Shown here one piece after another: positions 50,901 to 62,996 of a stretch of 64,000 nt of DNA. The notes beneath the pieces were generated by a model. It was not told where the DNA came from. It saw nothing but the letters and a program-made list of their open reading frames with translations, and made no database searches. The stretch is from Podarcis vaucheri. Lineage: Eukaryota. The stretch lies in assembly GCA_965113315.1 (NCBI GenBank), contig OZ220368.1. The stretch is one strand, 5' to 3'. How positions within the stretch are numbered: the first letter of the stretch is position 1; every line of letters starts with the position of its first letter. A program made the position numbers and the translations under genes.

Positions 50901-53900
50901 CCATAACATAGCTGTGTGTGTCTTGTTTTGTAAGCTATCTTAAAATCAAAAGCTAATTTGCTGCAAATCAAATTTCTGCTACAATTTAATTATACAATAA
51001 ATAAATAAATAATGTGGAACTTGCAAAATGTGAGTTAATGTTAATGTGTTACACTCAAAAGGAAGTGGTGTGTCAAGAAAAGCCTGGTTAAAAGTAAGCC
51101 TAGCTTTCTTTGAAGTATAAAACACATAAAAGTATTTTGAAGTCTGCTCTGAAAATTTAATATGGTGCTATTTATATACACAGTGGGGTTTTTTAGATTT
51201 TCTTGACAACTGCTGCTTATTTTGGTGGTTTCTTATACTGGGGGGAAAAACACAACTCCACTTGTATAGAGGAAAATGTATCATTAAAATGTTTGCTTAT
51301 TATTTCAATTGCACATGTACTCAATCATTCCACTTTTCTCTCTAGGGCATTTCTGTGGCACTTCAGCATTTGCCCAATAGTTTCACAAGACAATAGAGCA
51401 ATATTCTGTTCACAGCTGATGGAAGAGAGGCAGAAGGTGGGGGGGGGGGAGAGCTGATACTATACTGCTGTTATCTTCTATGCCTTTTGTTAACCTTGCT
51501 ACTAGGTATGCAGCTCAGCAAGGGAGATGGAAAGTGCACAGCCTCCCAAAGAGTAAATGAATGCCTGTATAAATGTTTACGACATGATGGGAGAGAGATA
51601 GTTATGCTGTTCCTCACCACTCTTTTAAAAAGAAATTTAAAAGCACTTCTTTTTAAAGCTGCAGTGGTGGTGTGTGCAGCCATTATAGAATTAAAAAATG
51701 AATTGTTTGTTAATAGGAAAATTTGGTTGATTGTCATTAATTGACTCATAGAATTGTAGAGTTTGAAGGGACCACGAGGGTCATCTAGTCTAGCCCCCTG
51801 CAATACAGGAATCTTTCACCCAGTATGTGGCTTGAACCCATGGCCCTGAGATTAAGAGTTTCATGCTGTACCAGTTGTGCTATCCCAGGTCTTGGCTTAG
51901 TTTGGATGATTGTTCAAGTCATCATAAAACATAGTTTATGAAGCTGTGAAGCAGTATTTACTAAATTTAATTAATTGTTAAATTTCTATACTACCCTTCA
52001 CCCAAAGATCACAGGGCAGTGGACAATATAAAAACACAAAAATACATACCAAACAAACAACAATAACCCCCCGCACCACATTTTAAAAGGCCATAGATGG
52101 TTTAATTAGCCAAAAGCCTGTATTAGGGTTGAGTGCCCACTCCTTCCCCTAATCTCATTGTGTGCCAGTATTGGTGTGAAGAGGCTGTTACACTCAAACT
52201 GTGGGACTTTGATTTAATGCCAAAGGGCGGGGGACGTCCTGCTCCCCACTGATTTGTCAAATGGCTTTTGCAGCACCATCTGTGTGTGCCAGTGTGCCAA
52301 GACCACCCTCTAGTGTCTGCCACTGACAAGAAACTAATGGCCATTGGGATGTTGCACCCCCCTGCCTGCCAGGAAGAAGACATGGCAAGGGGAAGATCAG
52401 CCTGGTTCCATCCATTAGCCAAGGAAACTGCTGTTCCAGGAAATCTGTTCCCCACCTCTTATGCTTAAAGAGAACAGTGCTACAACTGTCAGTTGCCCTG
52501 GGACTTGTGAGAGCATCCATCAGCTTACTAGGCTGTGTATGTGTGAGCTTGTGTGAATTTGCTTTATTACCCCATACTTGTAAACTGTCTTGAGAATCAT
52601 TTGATTGAAAGGTGAGGTATAATCTTCAAATTAAATAACAAGCCCCTTTTGTTTCTTTACAGTTCTCTTGGTTTTGTTAAGTTCATATCACTGTTTTTCA
52701 AATACTGTTCTTAGTTCAAATTTCAGGGGAAGAGTTTCAGAATAATACTGTAGAGTAAGTGCAACATCCCTACCAGCTGTAGTTTGGTGGTGGTCAGGAT
52801 TTTGCAAATTAATTATATAAAACAGATTGACAGTGGCTGTTCAGAATTGACAAAAGGAAGTTCTTTTTCCACATAATGCTATTTTGCCTAGGGAATTGAA
52901 TGCCACAAGATCCAGTGATGACCACAGGCATAAGTGGCTTAAAAACAGAATTTGATAAATTCATCGAGGGTTGATCAACAATGACTGTTATGCATTATAA
53001 TGGAACCATCATTTTTCAGGGACAGTATACCTTTGTCGGATGCTGGAGACAAACAACAAGGAATGTCGTCACCCTATTGTTTAGCTTTACGAGCATCCCA
53101 AGAACACCTCTCTGGCCACTGGCCAGGGTACAGAAATTGACCATGTTTTCACCCAGCACTGCAGCCCTGTGTACTTACTTTTCTATTTGCTTTTCTTCAT
53201 TTCTAAGCTCTTAACATGAAAATTTGAAATATCTTGAAATGTCCTTTCCTGATTCTTTAGACATATCCTATCTAGTCTGGCCTCTATGTGACTTCCAATT
53301 TCTTTATTATTATTTAATGTATATCTCACCTCCCCTATAGGAACTCAAGAGGATGTGCAGGTTTGCCCCCCTTTTCCTTCAGAACAACTTTGTAAGGTAG
53401 AGTAGGGTGAGAGTAGAGTGGAGATTTGAACCCTGCTCCTGCCAGTGGTAGGTCAACATTAACTACCACACCATACTTCATGGATCCTGGTTTCTGACCA
53501 CCTCAGAATGGAAACCTAAATACTGACTCCTCTGTCCATTCAGTATTGTCTGCTCTCCCCAGGAATAAGTTCTCAAATACTGATATTTCTCCTGTGTTGT
53601 CATCATGGATACAGGTCTTCAGCTATCTGAAAGGTAATGTGTGAAAGAATATTGTACCCCCTGTTGTTTCTAGGTAGTTCGCAAATACTAGATTTGGAAA
53701 AGTGGAATGTTTGAGTTTACTTGAAATCTAGAATTCTTTAAACTGTGTCCATATTTTTCTTCCTCTCCTGTTAAGATTCCAGTGCTTAACATCCCAGTGA
53801 AAATACTTCCAGCTCTTTGTACTGTAGCAGGAACCATATTCTCCTGTACAAACTACTTTGGTGTGATCTTCACAGGTGGTGTTGGCAAAAATGGATCAAC

Positions 53901-56279
53901 TATAGCAGTGAGTTTTTCTTTACCTTTTGGGTAACTCACTTTCCCTTTTCCCCTGCCAGTCTTTAGAATACTATATGTCTTTGAGTGGACTCATTTTATT
54001 GGTATGGTCTTCTACTTTGCATACTGGCATAAGGAACACAGTTGGGAAGGAGTTTGGCCGTCAAGTCCTGTTGCCTATCAAAACCTCTTTCTCTGTGCTC
54101 AGTACAGAAGCCAAGCAAGCTGCTGATGGAAGAAATTGGCAACTTTTCCCAGCTACTTGCTGAGAAAGGGAGCCCTCTTTCTCAGTGGCTGGCAAAGATC
54201 ATCATGTATGGATGTGTGAAAATTGTGTGTGTGGATGGAGTGTGGGCAGGATGTTTGTGGCATCAGCCCTGCTGACCACTGACATGCACACCCCAAGTTA
54301 CCCTTGAGGGAAGGGAGCCCTCGAGTTAAAAAATATTCCCTATCCCAATCTAAATGAAACATGCAAATGCTTCAGGGGCTTTGGAAATGAGGAAATTTCT
54401 TTTTAAAAAAAAAAATCTGACCCAGGCCTATAATTTTCTGACATGATTTTTTTTTTGTTTGCCTGCTGGTTGTGTTAGGGTAGATTCATAGATTTCACAT
54501 GGTAAATGGTTCTCCGTTTTTCACCGATGATGAAATAACCATGTCTCTGATCTACCACACTTATTTTCAGATTTCAGTACAAATGTTGATCTTCAATAGA
54601 TGTGTTTGTGGATTTTGCATTTTAAACTAAGATGGTTGACTTTTTAGTATGTAGTGCTAGACATTGTTTTTGTTTCGTCATCCAGATGAAAATATCTGGG
54701 CCACTTGTGCTTTAAAAATTCATCCGTTCACATCTGTTAGGCTAGAACTGGGTAAGAATTGCATTTCATCAAGCTGTTTTGTGACTGAAATTGCACTTAG
54801 GCCGGGCATGCAGCACAAAGTTCACCGTGCCTGCTTTTCTGTTAGCGACTCCAACCACACAGCCAGGTGACATCCTTCTCTACACTTCCTTACTGCCAGC
54901 TGAGTGGATTAAATAATGTAGCGCTAGAATGTTACAAAAGGACAGTCAGCCAGCCTCCAGTTGTTCTGGAGATAGCATGTTGAGATATTTGTTTCTGTAA
55001 TATGCCCTTGATAAATACAAAGCTCTTTCTCTGTGTAGGGAACAAGTGTCCTTTCACCGTTTCTTCACATTGGATCCGTCATCGCGTTAGCCGCTATGAT
55101 CTACAAGAAATCTGCTGTGCAACTCTTTGAAAAGCATCCTTGCCTCTACATACTGACTTTTGGTTTTGTTTCTGCTAAAATAACTAACAAACTGGTGGTA
55201 AGTTAGAGAATTTATTTTATGAGGTGTCCCATAAATACAAGCAAAGTACTTAACTCTTAGTATTTGCTGGTCTCATATGGTATACTTTGTTGTGAAAGGT
55301 TTACTTTCTTTCTCCAGCTGCAAACAATGATTTTCCAAACTTCTTTCAAATACTGCATTTATGAAAGCTGTATAGTGGCATATGTAATGATACGCCTCAT
55401 TTGCTTCCAACAGAGTATGCCCTGGGAAATTGGTGATAGCCCAAGCTATAAAGAGAAATCAGAATTCAGTTGTTTACACCTCCCCTCCAATATTAAATTA
55501 TTCAGTATAGATGCTGAAATAGAATATTTATGAGTTTTAATTTTTCCCAACAGGTTGCACATATGACCAAGAGTGAGATGCATCTGCATGACACAGCATT
55601 CATAGGCCCAGCACTCTTGTTTCTGGACCAATATTTTAATAGCTTTATTGACGAGTATATTGTACTTTGGATTGCCCTGGTAAGTATTTCCTTATTTTTC
55701 TGGGCATGAAAAATATCCTTGTGTGTTCTTTCACGTTAACGTAAGCAACTTTAGTTTTGCAGATGTCTAATGAAAACGAGGGAATGGTACAGAAAAAATC
55801 TGGGCAGCATAGATAAGTTTCCAAGCAGTTGTTTTATTCTTGCATGCTGGCGTACATTTGGGGGTTTTGTTTTGATTTGATTTTTAATCTTGCTTTATAT
55901 TTAGTTTATTGTACATAACCTAGAGAATTCATTATGAGTCGAATATCAATGAATAGGGAATATATACCTGCGGCTGGAGGTTGGGGAAGGCTGCTTTAGA
56001 GTTTAGAAAAAGCCTTTTGTTTCAGAAAGACAAGGATAATTCTACACTTAACTGAAGAGAGGAACCCATTGCATAGAGAATGGATACAAAATTTGCAGAA
56101 CAAATTATTTCTGAGCCTTTATGTTTGGATGTCACATGTAACTTATGTTCTTCTTCCAGATCTTTTCCCTTTTTGATTTGCTCCGATACTGTGTCAGTGT
56201 TTGCAATCAGATCGCTTCCCACCTTCACATCCATGTCTTCAGGATCAAGACCTTTTCCACATATTCTAATCATCATTAG
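32566..56279 (+). CDS. CEPT1: Choline/ethanolamine phosphotransferase 1, whole gene: join(32566..32904,39277..39424,41794..41935,[45348..45432 OR 50357..50441],53776..53907,55039..55197,55554..55679,56160..56279), 416 aa
   Basis: [30 protein letters not shown]; CDP-alcohol phosphotransferase motif [23 protein letters not shown]. Exons 339/148/142/85/132/159/126/120 nt sum to 1251 nt. Confidence 0.97.
33093..33389. mobile_element. Tc1/mariner MITE (short relative of the element at 63167)
   Basis: TA-CAGTGGTGCC...CCACTG-TA; repeated GCAAGACGAA motifs shared with 63167-64000. Confidence 0.8.
34554..34794. mobile_element. Tc1/mariner MITE
   Basis: TA-CAGTGCTACCTCCGGTTAC ... GTAACCAGAGGTATTACTG-TA. 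Confidence 0.85.
35195..35575 (-). mobile_element. L2 LINE 3' fragment
   Basis: Similar to 60880-61280 and to the reverse complement of the L2 ends at ~6000-6400 (gcagtctttaagatatttgagtcctaagttgcttagggcc). Confidence 0.5.
38470..38665 (+). mobile_element. tRNA-derived squamate SINE
   Basis: A box TGGCTCAGTGG, B box GGTTCAAT, body gccagtcagtgtaga...gatggaccaatggtctgact, tail TTCTTATGTTCC. Confidence 0.75.
38929..39170. mobile_element. Tc1/mariner MITE
   Basis: TA-CAGCGGTACCTCGG ... CCGACGTACCACTG-TA. Confidence 0.85.
39277..39424 (+). CDS. CEPT1: CEPT1 coding exon 2 (catalytic motif)
   Basis: [49 protein letters not shown]; tctcttag| and |gtatta. Confidence 0.97.
41794..41935 (+). CDS. CEPT1: CEPT1 coding exon 3
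   Basis: [46 protein letters not shown]; ends phase 2, |gtaagt. Confidence 0.96.
44594..44834. mobile_element. Tc1/mariner MITE
   Basis: TA-CAGTGGTACCTCGGTTT ... AAACTGAGATACCACTG-TA. Confidence 0.85.
45348..45432 (+). CDS. CEPT1: CEPT1 alternative coding exon 4a (duplicated, putatively mutually exclusive): [28 protein letters not shown]
   Basis: 85 nt, phase 2->0, acceptor tttctttccctcacacatag|, donor ACG|gtaaca, open frame, 10/28 aa identical to exon 4b with no gaps. Confidence 0.8.
45911..46000. repeat. Short palindromic interspersed repeat (related copy ~41380-41470)
   Basis: gcaatcctaacc...gtaagtcttactgaattgagtgggacttat...ggttaggattgc forms an imperfect hairpin. Confidence 0.6.
47503..47763. 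mobile_element. Tc1/mariner (CCGTATTT-TIR) MITE
   Basis: TA-CCGTATTTTTTGCTGTATAAGAC ... GTCTTATAGAGCGAAAAATATGGG-TA. Confidence 0.8.
50357..50441 (+). CDS. CEPT1: CEPT1 canonical coding exon 4b: [28 protein letters not shown]
   Basis: 85 nt; matches the mammalian reference segment as recalled; aatcag| and |gtaatt. Confidence 0.95.
51748..51888 (-). mobile_element. tRNA-derived SINE with CR1-type tail
   Basis: Minus strand: GGGATAGCACAACTGG...GGTTCAAGCC head and ATTCTATG tail; tail resembles that of 23339-23490. Confidence 0.7.
53776..53907 (+). CDS. CEPT1: CEPT1 coding exon 5
   Basis: [44 protein letters not shown]; |gtgagt. Confidence 0.96.
55039..55197 (+). CDS. CEPT1: CEPT1 coding exon 6
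   Basis: [14 protein letters not shown]...[25 protein letters not shown]; |gtaagt. Confidence 0.96.
55554..55679 (+). CDS. CEPT1: CEPT1 coding exon 7
   Basis: [42 protein letters not shown]; |gtaagt. Confidence 0.96.
56160..56279 (+). CDS. CEPT1: CEPT1 last coding exon
   Basis: [39 protein letters not shown]; acceptor ttcttcttccag|. Confidence 0.96.
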   Translation: MFSLFDLLRYCVSVCNQIASHLHIHVFRIKTFSTYSNHH

Positions 56280-57097
56280 TTAACTTGGTCACTGACACAA
56301 TAAGAAATAACTCACAACTGTTTTCTACAGGAGAGGTTACAAACACACTGAGGAGACTATGAAAACTGGAGCAGATAGGAACAAATCTAATTTATAATAA
56401 TGTTGTATAACTTCTACTCTTTGTTACTCCTTAGCTAGCCTCCTCCAACAAAAGGGGAATCCCAAGCACTCTCCAGTCAAACATGCATATTGCCTGCTCT
56501 GCTGGTTGTGTGCCCAGGAAAGCATGCAGAGAGTAAAGCTTTGTCTTTGTAATTACCTTGACTACACGGCATAAACTCTTGGGGAAATGGATTCCCAATA
56601 ACAGAGTACTCTAATACAGTGTGATTACAAGCTGTAAGACAATTTGCTTTCTAATTTTAAGAAATCATCTATTAGTAAAAAAAACTCACTTAGTACCCAC
56701 TCAAAAAATAAGAGTTGAGCTTGTGAAACACAGATCCCCCACTAGCTTTTGTGGCTGGAATGTCTTTGACTTTTGAGTCTGGACTGTGATCTCGTTATTC
56801 ACCTGTTACTGATACCAGAGGTAGATTTTTAAGAATCCAAAACGACACTTAGGCACAGCACTGTCACTGGAAACCAGGCGTCTAAAGTGCCATCTTTGCA
56901 AGCAATCCACTGTGGCTGGGCAGTCTCTGTTCATTTCAGTTGGGTGGTGTGTGTCTGCTGAATTCAAGTTGCTCAGCTGCTGTGCTTGTTGAACTGCACC
57001 TTTTATCTTTAAAATTCTACCCCCGGTACCCTGTGATGTGGGGGTGAGCGTCCGCATGCGGTAGTGTGGTTATCTCAGTTTATTTTATTTTTTAAAA

Positions 57098-57103
57098 AAT
57101 AAA
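57098..57103 (+). terminator. Candidate CEPT1 polyadenylation signal AATAAA
   Basis: Canonical hexamer ~820 nt after the stop, with a U/GU-rich stretch (tttatttctgttttctt) downstream. Confidence 0.55.
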
Positions 57104-59820
57104 CATTTAAAGAATTTATTTCTGTTTTCTTCAGTGGAAAGTCTATACAAAATTTACAGTTACTTTTTTTGTATAAAATTTATGCAAAAAATTATTTCTG
57201 CTCTTTAATAAATAAGAAAATTCTCATAACTGTGACCATCCTTATGTTTATTTTGAGCCATTCTGCGGAATATTTATTTGAACTGATAAAAGTGGATTCC
57301 TGCTGTCAAAGCGACTCCATGTTTTGCACATAAAATATTTAGTTTCTCCTAGCAAAGGCTTCTTGCGAAGCAACTGGGACGAGCCTTGTGTGGTCGGCAC
57401 AAGGAAGGGCACTGACCATTCTGAAGGCTGAAGGTGGCTGAGGGGCCTCAGGAACAAGGAATGGTGGCTCCAAGTGCAAAAATGGAGGTAATGCCAGTGG
57501 GACAATATTACTGGAAGTCCTCTGGCCTGCCTGTGGAAAGCTCCATCAGGTTGAGGTTCCGCAGGCAGAATAGGTGCAACAGGATGTGCACAGCACATAT
57601 CAGGGATGAAGGGAATAGGGATACCATATCCTAAGTCCCAGTGAACTGATAGGGCAAAGGATTTAGGGGCTAGCAGCTCCTCTTTAGTCATATAAATACA
57701 GGTAAATCTCAGCAATTCAGATTTCCACTCCTTTGGTAGCAGCAAAGGCACTTGCTGGTTTAACCAGGAGGGAACTAATGAAGCAGACTATGAGGGAAAC
57801 TTCAGGAAGAGATACCCTCTGAAGTAAGTAGATGTTTCAAAAGAATCTATTCTTGTGACTGAGCCTTGGCACTAGAAGGTGAATGCTGGACTGAATATAT
57901 AGCTGGTGTAGGAACAAAGAGGGCTTTTGGAAGAGCTGTCAGCTGTTGTCACCAATGTTTCTAAGGCTGCATCTGCTGGTTGACTAGTCCCTGAGTTCAA
58001 ATGAAGCAGGCAACAGCAGCCTTTCCCTTTGGTACATGTGGCAGATTGCCACCCTTGTCTCCTATATGAACAAGAATTTAGATGAAGGCCTTTGTGGAAC
58101 CTTAAGAGTGAGGCACACACTCCACCGCTGAGATTATGTAGGTTCCAGTGGCACTGTGAATATAGTGCATTGCATTTCACAGCAGCAATTTAGTCCATAG
58201 CAACTGAACACAGAAGTCAGGTAAAAACAAACTGCAATAGCACTTCCAGTTGTTCCACCTGTAGTTAAATGGGTTGGTATGCTGCCTTTCAAAGTGGCTT
58301 AATCCCTACCTTTGTACATGAGAAGCACTTCCTCAAAGAAGATTTAACTGTTATACTCAAACTCTACAAGTTAGTGATTAAGGACTGAAGTTTTAGAAGT
58401 GGATTCTCAATATATTTGTTTCTAAAAAGAAAACAGATATTTAAAATACAAAGGCAAGTCTTAGAATAAACAGTGTAGGAATCTGCAGATGTTCTAAAAC
58501 AAGAGTTAACTGGAATTCATTGAAACCTTAAAATACCAGGCCAACTGGGAAAATGTAACTTTTTTGATTTAAAACGTTCACTTATGTTGTCACATCACAG
58601 CAGCCTTTGCTATCCGTTGACCTCATTGTATGGTTAAGCTGCCATAGTCCTTCAAATAGCATTCAACTAAAAGTCCTTCAAATAGCATTCAGCAGCTTTA
58701 TTGTTCCCATTGGAACAATCTCCAGCTCAATCACATGCCAACCCCAATTTATAATTCATATTTTATGTGCCAGGTGAAAGGGTCCCTTTAAAAAAGAAAA
58801 GGATGCTTTGCACTAGCACCTCTTTATTGTGTGGTTCAACAGGATTAGGCTGCTTATTCCCTTCATGGTGTCAATATGAGATAGCATGAAGGCTGCTTTT
58901 TACTTCCACATTTTCTATTTTTTTATTCCTTTCAAATAAGTTTGAGAACCTTCCTTTCATTCCTTTGCATGCTACTACTTGCCACCACACCCCTTGAGTA
59001 TTATTATTATTTAGTTGCTTTACTCATAAAAATGTCAAAGCAATTTACAAACACAATGCACACACTAAAACCAATGACAATTACCAAAGTCATGAAAGTC
59101 TAAACCAAACAAATCCATCTATACAAATAAAAGACAAGTTCTGCAGATCCTGCCCCACCAAATACTTAGAAATCCTTTAAACTAAGGGCCAAAAGCCCTA
59201 GGTGAGAAGAAAATTCAATACTTTTTTCCCCTTAAGAAAAAATATATGGAACAAGTAGAGCCACTGCTACCTGGCTGAGTGCAGAAACGCAACTTTACAA
59301 AAATGGAAATAAGAGCAATGAAATAAAAACAGAAATTTGATTCCATCAAAAGGATGCCATTAGAAGCAAACACTGCACAAAACCATTGATTTGGAAACCA
59401 TTTAATGAGAACAGAAACGTTTCCAATTAATATAATTTTTCTCATCACTTGCTATACAATCTTTGTCATTATTAGCCACCCCACATCTCCTTCATTTGAC
59501 TGAATTTCTAGAGTCCTGTTTTGACCAAGATGATCACTTGGTTCATTTCAGTTTCATGCTGCCGTTTTCTTAAAGAACTGCAGTCCTACTTCCAAGCTGG
59601 GCTGTTAAATGCAGCCAAACTTTAACTATATAATAGAAAAGCTCTGTAGTGCCAGTCTTGAAAAGGAAGGGAAGATTAAAAAGTAGAGCTTGAAGCCAAG
59701 CTGGCCTCTCATGAGAACCAATGATGTTCTTCCTCCTAGGAAGTTATCTTGGTCCAAACAGGCAATTTATTTAGGCACAGGCCTGTCCATCTGATGGTGA
59801 GCAATCCTGAGAGCCCAAAT

Positions 59821-59882
59821 TCAGGAGAGTCTCCTTTGCTTCTTTTGTTCTTCATATTCATTTAATCTCTTCTGAAAATATC
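59821..59882 (-). CDS. DENND2D: DENND2D last coding exon
   Basis: YFQKRLNEYEEQKKQRRLS*; acceptor tcttattcacag|. Confidence 0.9.
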
Positions 59883-62800
59883 CTGTGAATAAGAAACAAA
59901 ATGCACCAATCACTACATATGGATTTCCCCACCTAAAGGATCTTGTCGTCGGCTTCAACATTGCAGTAAAATGTTAGGAACATAGGAAGTTGCCTTAAGA
60001 GCCATCTAAATGCTGTCTACATTGACAGGCAGCAGTTCTGTCTGGGGGTGAGGAGCAGTGAATCAGTGGGGCAGTAAGCCCCAAGAACAAGGGGATTGGG
60101 GTACTAGGACCCAGAAACCTAAATGTTCAGCGAAATCTGGGTAGATGAATTCCACAACAGGTGTGCAGCAATTATTTATTTGTTGCAGGGGATCCAGCTA
60201 TCAGAAGAACACTGGTGGGCATAATATTCATTTTTGCAGCATTCAAACTTGGATTATTTCTCAGTGGGAAATGCCCCCACCCCGCCCCCCTGCTGCACCT
60301 AGCTCTCAACTGTGATAAGTAATTATGTATGGATTGTGGTTGTGAGAAAGACGGAACTCCCAATTTATTCAACCTCATATCCAAACTATATTTATAAGGA
60401 CTGTTTAAAGGAAGAATGCTTTCACTTATACCAGTTTTACCTTCAACACTCTTCTTGTTCCTTTCTGCTTCTTGAATAAATAAGGAGAACATCTGCGTCT
60501 TCACAAACTTTTTCAGAAACTTGCGACTGGTCTTGGAGGTGAGGGCCTTGCAGAACGACCTCTCCTGGAAGCTGCCCTGACCATTCTTGCCCCATTTGAT
60601 GTGTGCCGGATAGTGGCCAATTGTTTTGACGAAAAACTGCACAAAGGCGTCTGAAACACGCGTGTTGAGTTCCTCAGATGCTTGGGGGCAGGGAGAGAAA
60701 ATGAGATAATGTACAATTCAGGTCTAGCACAAATGTTGCTCCTTTCCCAAGCCTCAGGATACAGGACCAGATGGCTTTTTTGTCTGCCTGCCTCTCTGCC
60801 TCTCTTGTGTGTTTTCTTGCATGGAGAGAGTCAGCCAACACTTAACATGGATGCACACGAATGGTTCAGTATGTGCCCATTTATTATTGATTGCGTTTAT
60901 ATACCCCTTAATCCTTAGCATTTCTAAGAGGTGTACATAAAAATAAACCATGCAGAGAATAAAACAGTAAAGAGACACCATAAAGCTGAAGGCTGCCTTA
61001 AAATGCCTGCTAGAATAAGGAAGTCTTTGTTGTGTACCTGAAGATCAGCATGGAGGGCACCTGCCTAATCTCAGCTAGGTGGGAGTTCCACAGGTTTGGA
61101 CCCACAACACAGAGTGCCCCATTTCTGGTGGTTACAAGCTATATATCTGAGCCATGGGGAGCAAACAACACAGACTCCCCAAAGATCTCAGCGATTGGGC
61201 AGGGATATAAGGGATCAGGCAGTCCTTAAGATATCCGGGACTCAAGCTGTTAAGGGCCTTGCAGATTAATAGAAGAAGCTTGGTGACATATACAAATACA
61301 CAGTCCCCACGGAACAGACATTACTCAACCTTGCTGAGTTCTTCAGAGTTCTCAGACATTAATCTCTAATAGGGATTATGGAGAATTCACGTGAACATAG
61401 GTACTCTTCACTCTCACAGCCCCTTTAATCAAAGAGCTTTAAAGCTCTGCATAATGAGGAAATGTCTACCATTTACACACAGTGGAGGCAGTATGGCGTA
61501 TTAACTCATCAATTAACTGTGGCATCCTTAAGTCATAAAATCCAATCCCCTAGCATTAAACTGCTAAGGAGCTGTTGCTATGGAAACATAGGGCTCCAAA
61601 GGGAAGATCTACCTGCACCACTAGCTTGCATATAATCTATAATGGCAGAAAGAGCTAGAGATGCAAAATCGTCTCCTCCATCTTTGGAAAGAAGGATCTC
61701 CTATCCGAGCTCATCTGTCCAAGGACAGCCATTTTGGAGCCCTTCCCTCATAGCATTTCTCAAATAGCTCTGTTTTATGTATATAAAGGGAGATGGAGAC
61801 AGGCAGGCTTACTTTGTACGTTGTTGTTCATCGTGGGCAGAGAGGACAGCATTTCGCTTTGTAGCTTGGCAGGCAAAATCTCTTCTTCGTCACCAACCTG
61901 CAGAATTATTAACAGGGAGGTTTAGACAACAGCCGGTCACTGAAAAGCAACAGATGTGAGGACAAGGGGCTGCCACTCAAAAATAACCCCTTTCTGATGG
62001 CACTTTCAGGTCTGTAGGGCTATAAACACATCTTGCCACTAGCTCCCCCAAGACACATTCTGCACAACGTACAGACAGATGTAATTTATATGTGTCAGGG
62101 AACTGCCATCAACGCAGAGGTGAGAGATAGAGGGGGAATTGTGTTACAGGGAGCCTCCGAAAATCTTGCGAAGCAGTTCCTCTTCCGGCGAGGAGGAAAG
62201 CCCCACCTCCAGTGGAGAAGAGGTGGAAGGACCAGAGGATGCTAGTAAGAGCCTTAACACCGCCTGAGCAAGCTGGAGAGGAGGGAAGCAGGCCCTTACC
62301 AACGCCCATCATGTGCAGTAGCTTGAGGCGCAGGAAGGGGCGGAAAAGACTGCAGGTGACGAAACGTTTATGTTGGGGGAGGTACAAGAACAGACCACTC
62401 CCGGATTCTGCTAGCGATTGAGCTGGACATGAACTTATGACGCTCTTCACTGTAAATAGTTTGCACCAAAATAAAGCCTGTAAAAGACAGGTCGGAGTCC
62501 TGCCTGGTTACTCTCGAGCAACCACAACAGCATCTGACAGCATGGATATGCAGTCTCTCATTATATATCAACAGGAGCCATCCCATGATATCTGAGAGGA
62601 GAACAGAAAGATTATCTCACGAAGAAACCAAGAAACAGGTAGCATGACAACCTGAGAGCTTGATTTGCCATCAGATTATACTGGCCTAGCCTGGCAGAGT
62701 GAAGACTGTCTAAATGATCCCAGGGTATTGTCTAGTAATGTTTTGGAGGCTAGGCAGGTCTGAGTTCGGTTAAAATGCTATTTCTATTCCAAACAATTCC

Positions 62801-62996
62801 AATACTTAATGATACACGATGTCTGAAAGATTGGCAAAAAGATCTGTCTAGGTTTATTTGGAGGGAGAAGAAACCATGGATAAAACATTAGACTCTTATT
62901 GACATAAAAGACAGAGGAGACCCAAGGATAATGTTGGATTTGGATCAAACTTACCAATTTTAAGAAATTTCCTTTGCACAGATCAACAAGGAGCAC
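59821..62996 (-). CDS. DENND2D: DENN domain-containing protein 2D, 3' part: complement(join(59821..59882,60441..60680,61813..61897,62955..62996)); upstream exons lie beyond the window
   Basis: VLLVDLCKGNFLKL|VGDEEEILPAKLQ...|SEELNTRVSDAFVQFFVKTIGHY...FQERSFCKALTSKT...FVKTQMFSLFIQEAE|GYFQKRLNEYEEQKKQRRLS*. dDENN region, phases consistent, neighbour of CEPT1 as in mammals. Confidence 0.92.
60441..60680 (-). CDS. DENND2D: DENND2D penultimate exon (240 nt)
   Basis: Overlaps ORF 60172..60642; ccccaag| and G|gtaaaa. Confidence 0.93.
60880..61280 (-). mobile_element. L2 LINE 3' fragment
   Basis: tttatt tail, then gggagttccacagg and gcagtccttaagatatccgggactcaagctgttaagggccttg (reverse complement of a KALNSLSPGYLKDCL-type motif). 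Confidence 0.6.
61813..61897 (-). CDS. DENND2D: DENND2D 85-nt exon
   Basis: VGDEEEILPAKLQSEMLSSLPTMNNNVQ; ctgcag| and |gtaagc. Confidence 0.92.
62093..62539 (+). mobile_element. Possible solo LTR in a DENND2D intron
   Basis: TGTCAG...CTGACA termini, GC/CpG-rich body, AATAAA at 62470-62475; no clean TSD. Confidence 0.4.
62787..62920 (+). mobile_element. Small L1 ORF2 fragment
   Basis: FQTIPIL...KDWQKDLSRFIWREKKPWIK...KDRG resembles the post-RT region of L1 ORF2. Confidence 0.55.
62955..62996 (-). CDS. DENND2D: DENND2D 42-nt exon
   Basis: VLLVDLCKGNFLKL; ttttag| and |gtaagt. Confidence 0.9.

Noticed and set aside
57248-57751. 167-aa minus-strand ORF
   Set aside because: No recognisable domain or supporting splice structure; in the 3'UTR/intergenic zone.
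58647-58691. Short tandem duplications (also ~20188-20209 and ~28083-28113)
   Set aside because: Ordinary two-copy slippage duplications, not an array or CRISPR.
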